64,000 bases of DNA from an uncultured Planctomycetota bacterium (GTDB lineage: Bacteria > Planctomycetota > Planctomycetia > Isosphaerales > Isosphaeraceae), in contig CAWGMQ010000008.1 in NCBI GenBank assembly GCA_963823665.1, positions 32,001 to 96,000 on the forward strand, in the 5' to 3' direction. The translations under genes were made by a program, and so were the position numbers. The notes beneath the pieces are model-generated. The model was given only the letters and a program-made list of their open reading frames with translations, was not told the DNA's origin and searched no databases. Shown piece after piece: positions 18,736 through 27,348 of this stretch. How positions within the stretch are numbered: the stretch's first letter is position 1; each line of letters starts with the position of its first letter.

Positions 18736-21639
18736 ATGATGGGAACAAACGCACGCAGAAGCGCGGCCCGGCGTGATCACCGGCGGGGGATCGTGCTCCC
18801 GCTGGTCGCGATCGTGATCGTGGTCCTTGTCGGGTTTCTGGCACTGGCGATCGATCTCGGCATGCTCGCGATCGCCAAGACTCAGGTGCAGCAGGCTGCG
18901 GATCTTTCCGCGCTGACGGCAATGCGCACGATGAACGGCGATTCGAGCATCGACTACAACCAGAGTGCGGCCACGACGAATGCCCAGAATGTCGTGACTT
19001 ACAACCTGGTCCTGGGGCAGGCCCTCACGTCGTCGCAACTGCAGCTCACCTTCGGCTCCTACGACTACAACCAGACCACCAAGACCTTCCAGGCCAATTT
19101 TCCCCCTACAAGCGGAGCACCGGAGACGGCCGTCGCCGCCACCGTCACCTCGAATGCCTTGCCGGGCGCATTCAGCTCGGTGATGAAGACCCAGTTCCTG
19201 CCGACCGTATCGGCCACGGCTCAGGCCGTCCACCGGCCGCGCGACATTGCGCTGGCGATCGACCTCTCCGGCTCGATGCGGTTCGGCACCTGCCTCGGCT
19301 TCGACTTCTATACCACCTCCCGCACGTCCAACAACCCCGATTCCGTCTACCCCACATTCGGTCATTACTCGTCGAGTAGTGCCAGCATGCAAGGCCCCAG
19401 CACCAATCAAACCTCAGGCGATGACAGCTATACGATCTCGCCCAGCAACACCACCACCGCGAACTCGTCGTACACCCAACTTTATATCAATAGTTTTTAT
19501 CAGAACTCGGCCTACGCAACTCCCCTGGTCCGCGCGTTTGATTCGTACACAAGCTCTGACGGCGGCAACACCTGGTCGGCGCCGACGTCCGGCTCACCGA
19601 CCTTGCCTCCTTCTTCGTACACGTCGGTGCCCGGCGGTGACGTGCCCCTCTTCAAGAACGGCAGCACCAGCACCTATGCCACTGACGTGAAGGATGTGCT
19701 GAACAGCAGCTCGAGGAGCCCGTCGTGGGAGCTCGACGGCTACTCGAATTACACGAGCGGCTCGCTCTCGAACGCCGCTTCCGGCCAGAGCAGTTACTCG
19801 AGTGCGCCCTTTCATGGTTACACGCAGGGGCCGGCGTATTACGGCAAGACGTTCTTCATCTGGCCACCCGACCCGCGCCAGCCCCTCTCCTCGAGCAGCT
19901 CCACGCAATTCAACCAGTTCTTCTCCGATTTCGGCTACGCGACCACCGAATACGCAAGCGGAACGCCTCTTCAGGGCGTGTACAAGTCCAACTCGACGAC
20001 AGGCAGCCAGAACTGGCCCTGGCCGAATGACAGCGGCGCGTCGCTCAGCACCTATCTCACGACAAAGGTTTCCATTCCGGGAGGCAGCCGCAAGCTCCTG
20101 ACCACCGACTCGCAATACCAGTCGATCATGCGTCTCTACAACTGGAACTATGTTGTCGACAGTGTGGGCACAACCCCCTGTGATTGGCGCGTGCGCTTCT
20201 TCGGCACGAACAACAACACGAAGATTTTCAGCTCTTCGACCGGAACGCTCAACCTGCCCAGCAGCTCGACTTACACGATCAACTACAATGAGATTCTCCG
20301 CTGGATCGCCCAGTCGCCCAACCCGTTCCCGTCCCAGTTGCACGCCGGCCGCATCACCTACTATTCCTCGATTCCGACCCAGATCACCGGAAGCTGGCCC
20401 AGCTACGGCAGCACGGACGAGCGCTTCTGGGTCGAATTCATCGACTACGTGCTCGGCTTCCGGCAAACGGCCTCCGGCGTCTACTCCGACGTCAGCGCAA
20501 TGGCCGGCTACGGCAGCGATTTCACCTGGGGCACCTTGAGCATCAGCTCTCAACCCAGCCAGACGCAGTACATGAGCTACACCAATAACCCGGCCCGCCC
20601 ACTGGTGCGATACTGGTTCGGACCCATGGCCATGGTCGATTATATGCACAACTATAATATTGCCACAAACGTTTCGAATTTCTTTTACATGCAGCCCGCC
20701 GATGGCTACGAGGCGCCCAACTATTCGGCCAAGGAATCGTACATCGCGGGCATCAACACGATGCAGACAGACCATCCAAACGACTGGGTGACAATCGTGC
20801 CCTACAGTTGGCCCCGCGGCTCCTCCTCGGACACCAACGGCCGATTCAACTGCGTGCGCTGCCCACTTGGCACAAATTACAATTACGCAACCGCGGCTCT
20901 CGTGTTCCCTTTTGGCACGATCAATGCCGACGGCTCGCCTAATGATACCGAGATCACTCCCTACGCCGCAGATCCCGCCACCAGCCTGATTCCCTCCGCT
21001 GATTTCAAGGACACGCCGCGTCCCGACGGAAATACCGCATTCGCAATGGCGCTCATGCTCTGCTACAACCAGTTTGCCACCACGGTGCCCACCGACTCGA
21101 CCCTCCGGTCATTCACCTCGTCATCGCCGATCACGTTCCCGAGCGCCATGGCCGGCGGAATGGGCCGCAAAGGTGCCCAGAAAGTCATCATCTTCGAAAC
21201 CGACGGACTGGCCAACACGACGGCGACCGCCAGCCTGGTGAACACCAGCAGCTATAGCTACTACAAGATCCGCTACGACATGAACAACCCGTCCGGGAGC
21301 GAATATCCTGCGGTCACCGCTTATGACATCAACGACTCCACTGTCCTCAACCAGGTGTATTCCCTGGTCCAGAACCTGTCGACCACGTACGGCACGTCGC
21401 GCAATCCGTTCCGGCTCTACGCCATCGGCTTCGGACCCGTGTTCCAGGGAGCAAACGCATCTTCAGCGAAGACAACTCTGCAGACGATGCAGTATTACGC
21501 CGGTACACAGTCGAGTGCATCCACCGCATTGCCCTCGAACCAGATCATCACCGGCACGGATTCGCAGATGTCGACGAACATGATCGACACGTTCACCAAG
21601 ATCCTGGAGAACGGCGTGCAAATCGCGCTCATCAAATAG
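18736..21639 (+). CDS. tadG: Giant TadG-like pseudopilin with split von Willebrand A domain
   Basis: RRG|IVLPLVAIV..GFLALAIDLG..QQAADLSA; MIDAS DLSGSM; later RKGAQKVIIFETDG and LYAIGFG; Ser/Thr/Tyr/Asn-rich insert. Confidence 0.85.
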   Translation: MMGTNARRSAARRDHRRGIVLPLVAIVIVVLVGFLALAIDLGMLAIAKTQVQQAADLSALTAMRTMNGDSSIDYNQSAATTNAQNVVTYNLVLGQALTSSQLQLTFGSYDYNQTTKTFQANFPPTSGAPETAVAATVTSNALPGAFSSVMKTQFLPTVSATAQAVHRPRDIALAIDLSGSMRFGTCLGFDFYTTSRTSNNPDSVYPTFGHYSSSSASMQGPSTNQTSGDDSYTISPSNTTTANSSYTQLYINSFYQNSAYATPLVRAFDSYTSSDGGNTWSAPTSGSPTLPPSSYTSVPGGDVPLFKNGSTSTYATDVKDVLNSSSRSPSWELDGYSNYTSGSLSNAASGQSSYSSAPFHGYTQGPAYYGKTFFIWPPDPRQPLSSSSSTQFNQFFSDFGYATTEYASGTPLQGVYKSNSTTGSQNWPWPNDSGASLSTYLTTKVSIPGGSRKLLTTDSQYQSIMRLYNWNYVVDSVGTTPCDWRVRFFGTNNNTKIFSSSTGTLNLPSSSTYTINYNEILRWIAQSPNPFPSQLHAGRITYYSSIPTQITGSWPSYGSTDERFWVEFIDYVLGFRQTASGVYSDVSAMAGYGSDFTWGTLSISSQPSQTQYMSYTNNPARPLVRYWFGPMAMVDYMHNYNIATNVSNFFYMQPADGYEAPNYSAKESYIAGINTMQTDHPNDWVTIVPYSWPRGSSSDTNGRFNCVRCPLGTNYNYATAALVFPFGTINADGSPNDTEITPYAADPATSLIPSADFKDTPRPDGNTAFAMALMLCYNQFATTVPTDSTLRSFTSSSPITFPSAMAGGMGRKGAQKVIIFETDGLANTTATASLVNTSSYSYYKIRYDMNNPSGSEYPAVTAYDINDSTVLNQVYSLVQNLSTTYGTSRNPFRLYAIGFGPVFQGANASSAKTTLQTMQYYAGTQSSASTALPSNQIITGTDSQMSTNMIDTFTKILENGVQIALIK

Positions 21640-21641
21640 CC

Positions 21642-22394
21642 ATGCCCGCCCCCGCTGCCGAATTCATCGACGTTTCGAAGTCGTACCGGGGGAGGCTGCT
21701 GCCTAGCCGCGCGGTGCACGCCCTGCGAGGAGTCAGCTTCACGGTCGAGCCTGGCGAGGCCGTCGCGCTCCTCGGCCCCAATCGTGCCGGTAAGACAACG
21801 CTGCTCAAGATCCTCTTGGGCCTGTGCCATCCGTCCTCCGGCCAAGTCTTTCGGCTGGGACGGCCGCTGGCAGAACGCAGCACCCTCACCCGCGTCGGCT
21901 ACATGCACGAAAATCAGGCCTTTCCGCGTTATTACAGCGCCGCAGCCCTCCTTGACTTCTACGGCCACCTATCAGGGATCTCGCCTCGGGACCTACGAAT
22001 CCGCGTGCCGGCGCTGCTCGAGACCGTGCGACTGACGGACCGTGCCCACGAACCGATTGGCCGCTACAGCAAAGGAATGGTGCAGCGTCTGGCTCTCGCC
22101 CATAGCCTGCTCGCCGACCCGGATCTGCTCGTGTTCGATGAGCCGATGGAAGGGCTCGACTTGAGCGCGCGGCGGCTGCTCCAGGAAGTCGTGGCCCAGC
22201 AGCGCGATGCCGGCAAGTCCGTGCTGGTGGTCTCGCACAATCTGGGCGAGGTGGCCCAGGTATGCGATCGTGTGGCTGTGGTTGTCGAGGGCAGTCTCGC
22301 CTACCTGGGGCATGTCGACTCACTGCTCGAAGACCCGGTGACCCGCCTCCCGCGGTCGCTGGAACTCGCCCTGGCACCTTTCTACAGCAACTGA
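21642..22394 (+). CDS. ABC transporter ATP-binding protein
   Basis: GPNRAGKTT, YSKGMVQRL, LLVFDEP, VVSH. Confidence 0.92.
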   Translation: MPAPAAEFIDVSKSYRGRLLPSRAVHALRGVSFTVEPGEAVALLGPNRAGKTTLLKILLGLCHPSSGQVFRLGRPLAERSTLTRVGYMHENQAFPRYYSAAALLDFYGHLSGISPRDLRIRVPALLETVRLTDRAHEPIGRYSKGMVQRLALAHSLLADPDLLVFDEPMEGLDLSARRLLQEVVAQQRDAGKSVLVVSHNLGEVAQVCDRVAVVVEGSLAYLGHVDSLLEDPVTRLPRSLELALAPFYSN

Positions 22395-22406
22395 GGAACG
22401 CTCGCC

Positions 22407-23459
22407 GTGAACGTGCGGTTCAACTTCAATACGCTTCTACAGCTCATCGGCGATACCTTCCGCCAATCCATTGCGTCGGGCGTTTGCTGGATGATGTTCG
22501 TCGTCACGGCGATTTGCGTCGTCTTGTGCCTGAGCGTGACCGTCTTTGGCGACATCTCGCTCGACGCAGACGACGAGCCCGTCCTGTTCCTGCCGCGCAG
22601 AGCGCCCGCGGCCGTGACCTCACTGTCTTCTGGCGGCCCGAAGGCGAGCACTGCCGCCGTGGTTAATCCAGAGGTCGCCCGCCGCGACGGAATCGAAACG
22701 CTCAGTGGCCGTATGAGCCTGGCCTTCGGCGCGGTGAACTTCCCGGTGAGCCGCGCACGGCGCGACGCCGTATTTTTCCTGGAGTTAGTGCTCGCCTGGG
22801 GCGTCGCCGGCACGTTCGGCCTGCTCTTGACCCTGGTATGGACTGCAGGTTTCGTTCCTGCGTTCCTCGATCCCGGCGCGGCGTCGGTTTTGCTCGCCAA
22901 GCCGGTCGCGCGCTGGCAACTGCTTCTGGGCAAATATGTCGGTGTGTTGAGCTTCGTCGGGTTCCATGTCGTTCTCTTCGTCGCCTTGACCTGGCTCGCA
23001 CTCGGCATCCGCACTCATGTCTGGAACGTGACCTACTGGTGGTGCATTCCGCTTCTGTTGCTCCAGTTCGCAATCTTCTACAGTTTCTCCGTACTGCTCG
23101 CTGTGATCTCTCGCAGCACCGTGGCATGCGTCTTCGGCTCGGTGCTCTACTGGCTGCTGGCATGGGGAATCAACTACGGCTACGTGATGGCGCGCAGCCT
23201 GCAGGAAACCCAGTACCTCCCCGCAGGCTCGCTCGCCCTGGCCCAGGTCGCGTACGAAATCTTCCCCAAGCCCATCGATGCAGGCCTCATCCTGTTCAAT
23301 GCGCTCGGCGCGCTCGGCGACTTCGACAAGCCCGCGATATTCGCGATACTCGAGAGCGGCCACGCATTCTCGCCGTGGACATCGATTCTCTCATCAGTCG
23401 TGCTGACCGTCGTGCTGCTGGGCACGGCTACGTACGAGTTCAGCACGACGGATTACTAG
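22407..23459 (+). CDS. ABC-2 type transporter permease
   Basis: Multiple TM segments; LLAKPVARWQLLLGKY; follows the ATPase. Confidence 0.85.
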   Translation: MNVRFNFNTLLQLIGDTFRQSIASGVCWMMFVVTAICVVLCLSVTVFGDISLDADDEPVLFLPRRAPAAVTSLSSGGPKASTAAVVNPEVARRDGIETLSGRMSLAFGAVNFPVSRARRDAVFFLELVLAWGVAGTFGLLLTLVWTAGFVPAFLDPGAASVLLAKPVARWQLLLGKYVGVLSFVGFHVVLFVALTWLALGIRTHVWNVTYWWCIPLLLLQFAIFYSFSVLLAVISRSTVACVFGSVLYWLLAWGINYGYVMARSLQETQYLPAGSLALAQVAYEIFPKPIDAGLILFNALGALGDFDKPAIFAILESGHAFSPWTSILSSVVLTVVLLGTATYEFSTTDY

Positions 23460-23491
23460 CCAGGTGCAAAGCTCCGAGGCGCGAAAGGCAT

Positions 23492-24124
23492 TCACTCACG
23501 GCTCCACATCCTCAGACGCGAATCCAGGTCCGCGTAGAGTTTGTCAAATGTAATGCAATGTATCTTGCGGCTGCAAACGATGACCTGCTCACTGCGCCAC
23601 GTGAATCGCTGTCTCAGGGAAGCGTCGATCAGGTGTTGGTCTCTTCCAATCACGAGCAACCCGACGAACTGGATATCACCTGCGCCAAATCTTTGAGCAT
23701 AAGAGATTGTATGCTTCTGGTTTTCAAGCCAGAGAGTCCAATCAATGATCTGGCTGCAGCCGTGATCGAAACGCTCGGACCACTCGAGAGTCGATTTCCC
23801 GACTTTCTTCTTGAAGATACTTGTTTTGGCGGCGTCCTCAAATTCGATGAAACAGTACTGTTGTTCTCGCGAATCACCGATGGCGAAGTCTGCTGTATGA
23901 TCGCCAAAGATGTCGAATTCCGTCGCGATCTGGTTGGGGTTCTCAATCCTCGGGTTGTACGTGCCCAGTAGCGCGATCAACTGCTCCCGCGCTGCAAAGA
24001 AAGGGAGAATATCGCCCCGTTCCGTGAGCTCAGGTCTGGCCGGGTCGTTCAAGAGAGCCGCGAATTCCGCCAGTTCTTTCCTCGCGTCCCTCTTGCTGAG
24101 CTTAATGCTCTTGAACTGCTTCAT
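23492..24124 (-). CDS. Shedu-like (DUF4263) anti-phage nuclease domain protein
   Basis: EFDIFGDHTADF...FIEFEDA..SIF..., FDHGCSQIIDW, LLVIGR, CITFDKL: DUF4263-like motif order; visibly AT-richer than the flanks. Confidence 0.75.
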   Translation of the reverse strand: MKQFKSIKLSKRDARKELAEFAALLNDPARPELTERGDILPFFAAREQLIALLGTYNPRIENPNQIATEFDIFGDHTADFAIGDSREQQYCFIEFEDAAKTSIFKKKVGKSTLEWSERFDHGCSQIIDWTLWLENQKHTISYAQRFGAGDIQFVGLLVIGRDQHLIDASLRQRFTWRSEQVIVCSRKIHCITFDKLYADLDSRLRMWSRE

Positions 24125-24138
24125 TTAATGCGCCGAGA

Positions 24139-24507
24139 CTAGGTCCCGCCGACGACCCCAACCGTTTTCTTTGCTGCCTTGGGTTGGCTACTTCGCCGCT
24201 TGGTCGCGAATCGCTGCAGTGTCGCGTCCCCCATCAAGTCCAGAACTTCAATGTCGGCGCCTGAAAGCCTGTAAATGATATTCAGCCCAGCAGACGCACT
24301 CAGCGCGTAGATTGGGTCGCTTTCAGAGACCTTTCGGATCTTGCGGCGCTCGGCGGTCCCTTCGACAAATCGTTCACGATCGCTGAGAAGCCCGCCGACA
24401 ATCTCTTTCTGTTTTGCGCTGAGAGCATCCAGCGCAATCGAGATTCTACCGTCGACCTTGAATCCGGGCGCTGGCTTCTTGGGCGCCGCCTTCTTCTCCG
24501 CCGGCAT
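24139..24507 (-). CDS. Small basic protein with RelE/ParE-like fold signature (122 aa)
   Basis: ATG 24507 with GGAG RBS; ALDALSAKQKEIV...KIRKVSESDPIYALSASAGLNIIYRLSGADIEVLDL follows the RelE secondary-structure pattern. Confidence 0.55.
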   Translation of the reverse strand: MPAEKKAAPKKPAPGFKVDGRISIALDALSAKQKEIVGGLLSDRERFVEGTAERRKIRKVSESDPIYALSASAGLNIIYRLSGADIEVLDLMGDATLQRFATKRRSSQPKAAKKTVGVVGGT

Positions 24508-24660
24508 GGGTGTTCTCCGTGACATCTCTCCGATAATCAGGACTCCCACCAGCGAGTCTATCACGAATACGGAATTCTTACCATTTCGCTGTACAGTATG
24601 CCATCGTGATTTCGGTCGCACGGCGGCTGTCCGTGCTTATGCAAAACTTCGCCGCGAACT

Positions 24661-26205
24661 TCAAGCACGCACCACGCCCGCCTTTCCCGCCTCGACCACA
24701 AACGACGCCTTCGTCGTGGCAATCGGCCGCGGCTGCGTGACTTGCTCGACGACGTGGTAGTCGCTGCGCCAGACTCTTGGCGTGATCGTGCACCGAACGT
24801 ACCCGCGCTGGCCGTTGTGAAATTTCACGCCAGGATTATCGGAAAGCAGGCGATCCTGATACTTCGCCTTGTCATATCCGTTGCCGCCCGTCGAGATCGA
24901 AGTGCCGACGAACTCTGTTGCGACGACGGCCGAGTCGTGTTGCCGGTCGTCGGTGCGAAGCTCGTTCACCCAGTTCGAATGGATGTCTCCCGTAAGCACC
25001 ACAGGGTTCGGGACCCTTCGCTCGGACAGAAACTTCACGAGCTGAATTCTCTCATGAGCATAGCCCGGCCATTGATCCATCGAGTAGACCAGGTCGCCGG
25101 TCGACGAACGATAGGCAGCCATGCCCATCATCACCTGCTGGGCCAGCACGTTCCAGGTCGCCTGCGACTCGATCAGCCGCGCTTGCAGCCACCCGGCCTG
25201 GGTCGGCCCGAGCAAGGTGTTTCTTGACGCGAGCGCGGCATCATTAAGTGATGACCGTCGGCCGCCATTGGGCTGGTCAGTACGATACTGCCGCGTGTCG
25301 AGCACCTGAAACTCGGCCAGCCGGCCAAAGCGAATCGTCCGGTAAAGCCGGATATCAGGCCCTTCCGGCAGCGATCGCCTGCGCAAGGGCATCATCTCGT
25401 AGTATGCCTGGTAGGCTCTCGCTCTCCGTTCGAGGAATTCGATGGGATCGACGCCTCGGTCCTCGGCAACGGAACCTGCGTAGTCGTTTTCGACCTCATG
25501 ATCGTCGGGCGTGACGACCCACGGGCAGTGTGCGTGTGCACGCTGAAGGTTGGGATCGCTCTTGTACTGGGCATAGCGAATGCGGTACTCGTCCAGGGTT
25601 CGCGGCTCCGCCCCGAGATGTTTGCGCACGCGGCGATCAACGCCCGGGTATTCGTAGATATAGTCCCCCAGGTGAAAAACGACGTCGAGCTCATCCCGGA
25701 CCATGTTCTCATACGCCGTGAAGAGCCCCTGCTCAAAGTGCTGGCATGATGCGAACGCCATTCGGAGCTGGGGTGGCAACGCACTATCGGCAGGCATGGT
25801 CCGAACGCGTCCCACAGGGCTCTTCGCGTCGCCAGCGTGAAAGCGGTACCAGTACCAGTGGTCGGGTTCGAGACCGTCAACTTCAACGTGGACGGAATGC
25901 GCCAGTTGCGGCGTTGCGGTGGCAATACCGCTTCGGACGACCTTCGTCATCGCCTGGTCGCCGGCGAGCGTCCAGGTTACCCCGACATTCTCGCGCGGCA
26001 TGCCGCCCTCGGGCTCGAGCGGCCGGGGCGCCAGTCTGGTCCAGAGCACAACGCCGCTGTTCGTGGGATCGCCCGACGCAACGCCAAGCGAGAATGGGTC
26101 CGCATCGAAGCGAAATCCGCGAATTGTCCTGCCTTCCACGCGGTCGCCTAGCAGCGGTATTCCCGCAAGAGCCGCAACGTGAGCCAGAAACCGCCGTCGA
26201 TCCAT
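24661..26205 (-). CDS. phoD: Alkaline phosphatase D (Tat-exported)
   Basis: MDRRRFL; FSLGVASGDP, VVLWTRL, AFASCQ, HLGDYIYE, DDHEVEND, LDTRQYR, MDQWPGY, LTGDIH. Confidence 0.93.
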   Translation of the reverse strand: MDRRRFLAHVAALAGIPLLGDRVEGRTIRGFRFDADPFSLGVASGDPTNSGVVLWTRLAPRPLEPEGGMPRENVGVTWTLAGDQAMTKVVRSGIATATPQLAHSVHVEVDGLEPDHWYWYRFHAGDAKSPVGRVRTMPADSALPPQLRMAFASCQHFEQGLFTAYENMVRDELDVVFHLGDYIYEYPGVDRRVRKHLGAEPRTLDEYRIRYAQYKSDPNLQRAHAHCPWVVTPDDHEVENDYAGSVAEDRGVDPIEFLERRARAYQAYYEMMPLRRRSLPEGPDIRLYRTIRFGRLAEFQVLDTRQYRTDQPNGGRRSSLNDAALASRNTLLGPTQAGWLQARLIESQATWNVLAQQVMMGMAAYRSSTGDLVYSMDQWPGYAHERIQLVKFLSERRVPNPVVLTGDIHSNWVNELRTDDRQHDSAVVATEFVGTSISTGGNGYDKAKYQDRLLSDNPGVKFHNGQRGYVRCTITPRVWRSDYHVVEQVTQPRPIATTKASFVVEAGKAGVVRA

Positions 26206-26330
26206 TGCACGTGAACTCCGTACGCGCTTGCGAACGCCCCAAATATCGATCACAGTGTAATCCTGTACCCTTGTGGGTGAGCTCAGATAAATGATTATGG
26301 CTGCGCGCGAGCGCGGAGAAAGGCCGTCGA

Positions 26331-26873
26331 ATGCCTGGTCCGTATGTTGCGTTGCTTCGTGGAATCAACGTCGGCGGCAAGAACAAGATCTTGATGGCTC
26401 ATCTCAGCGAGATGTTCGTGAACGCCGGGTGCAAGAATGTGCGAACATTCATCCAGAGCGGCAACGTGATTTTCGACGGCTCCGCGAAGTTGTCAGCACA
26501 GGTTCCGCGTCTCGTGGCCGAGCAGATCGCCGACGTGCTCGGGTACAAGACGCCGGTAGTACTGCGGTCGCTTTTGGAGCTCGAAGAGGCAGTAAACAAC
26601 AACCCGTTTTTGAAGCTTGACTCCGATCTTGGATTGCTGCATCTGGTGTTTCTGGCAGCGCTTCCCGAGCCGAGCAAAGTTGCGGCCCTTGACCCTCAGC
26701 GCTCACCGGGCGATGAGTATGTGGTGCGCGGCCGGGAAATCTACCTGTCGCTTCCGAACGGCGCTGGCGAATCCAAGCTGACGAACGCCTACTTCGATTC
26801 CAAGCTCTCCACAACAAGCACCGGGCGAAACTGGCGGACCGTAACCAAGCTGCTGGAGATGATGAAGGGCTGA
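26331..26873 (+). CDS. DUF1697 domain protein
   Basis: YVALLRGINVGGKNKI, VRTFIQSGNVIF, TGRNWRTVTKL. Confidence 0.92.
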   Translation: MPGPYVALLRGINVGGKNKILMAHLSEMFVNAGCKNVRTFIQSGNVIFDGSAKLSAQVPRLVAEQIADVLGYKTPVVLRSLLELEEAVNNNPFLKLDSDLGLLHLVFLAALPEPSKVAALDPQRSPGDEYVVRGREIYLSLPNGAGESKLTNAYFDSKLSTTSTGRNWRTVTKLLEMMKG

Positions 26874-26934
26874 GCCAGGGCCGCGGCGAGTCGCTCGAAA
26901 CTCTTTCCCACAGGCGCAACGGCGCTCCTCGGGG

Positions 26935-26963
26935 TTGACAGCCAATTTACTCTCGACGATGCT
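26935..26963 (+). promoter_or_regulatory. Possible tRNA promoter
   Basis: Perfect TTGACA at 26935-26940; weak -10 (GATGCT at 17 nt). Confidence 0.3.
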
Positions 26964-26978
26964 GAATTGGGTGGTGCG

Positions 26979-27061
26979 GCCGAAGTGGCGGAATGGCAGA
27001 CGCGCCGGACTCAAAATCCGGTCCTCGCAAGAGGGTGTGGGTTCAAGTCCCACCTTCGGTA
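26979..27061 (+). tRNA. tRNA-Leu (CAA), CCA end not encoded
   Basis: Acceptor GCCGAAG/CTTCGGT, D-arm TGGCGGAATGGCAGACGC, anticodon arm CCGGA-CTCAAAA-TCCGG, long variable arm, GTTCAAGTC T-loop. Confidence 0.96.
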
Positions 27062-27348
27062 TTATTCGATCGGTCAATACTCGCCTGGTTATGGGCAGGC
27101 AGACGAGCTTCGATCGGATCGCCGATGATCTGCCCTGGGGACTCACGTCATCTTGCGGATCCAAGTCGCGAGCAAGGCCGGGACTGTCCGCTTTGAACGC
27201 TCGAGATGGTTTGCGCGGTCGTCGAGCTGATCGGCCTGGTCGCTCGATCGAGCAGTTGAAAAACCCGATTCGCCCCGCTAACCCGGTGCTAACACTGGAT
27301 TCCAAGTAAGCGACGATCGCTCCGGCTATTCCTCAGCCGAGGCGTGAG

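Noticed and set aside
22838..23971. 377-aa plus-strand ORF overlapping the permease and the nuclease
   Set aside because: Off-frame/antisense shadow of two better-supported genes.
27062..27348. Integrative element at tRNA-Leu
   Set aside because: No integrase, transposase or att duplicate recognised.
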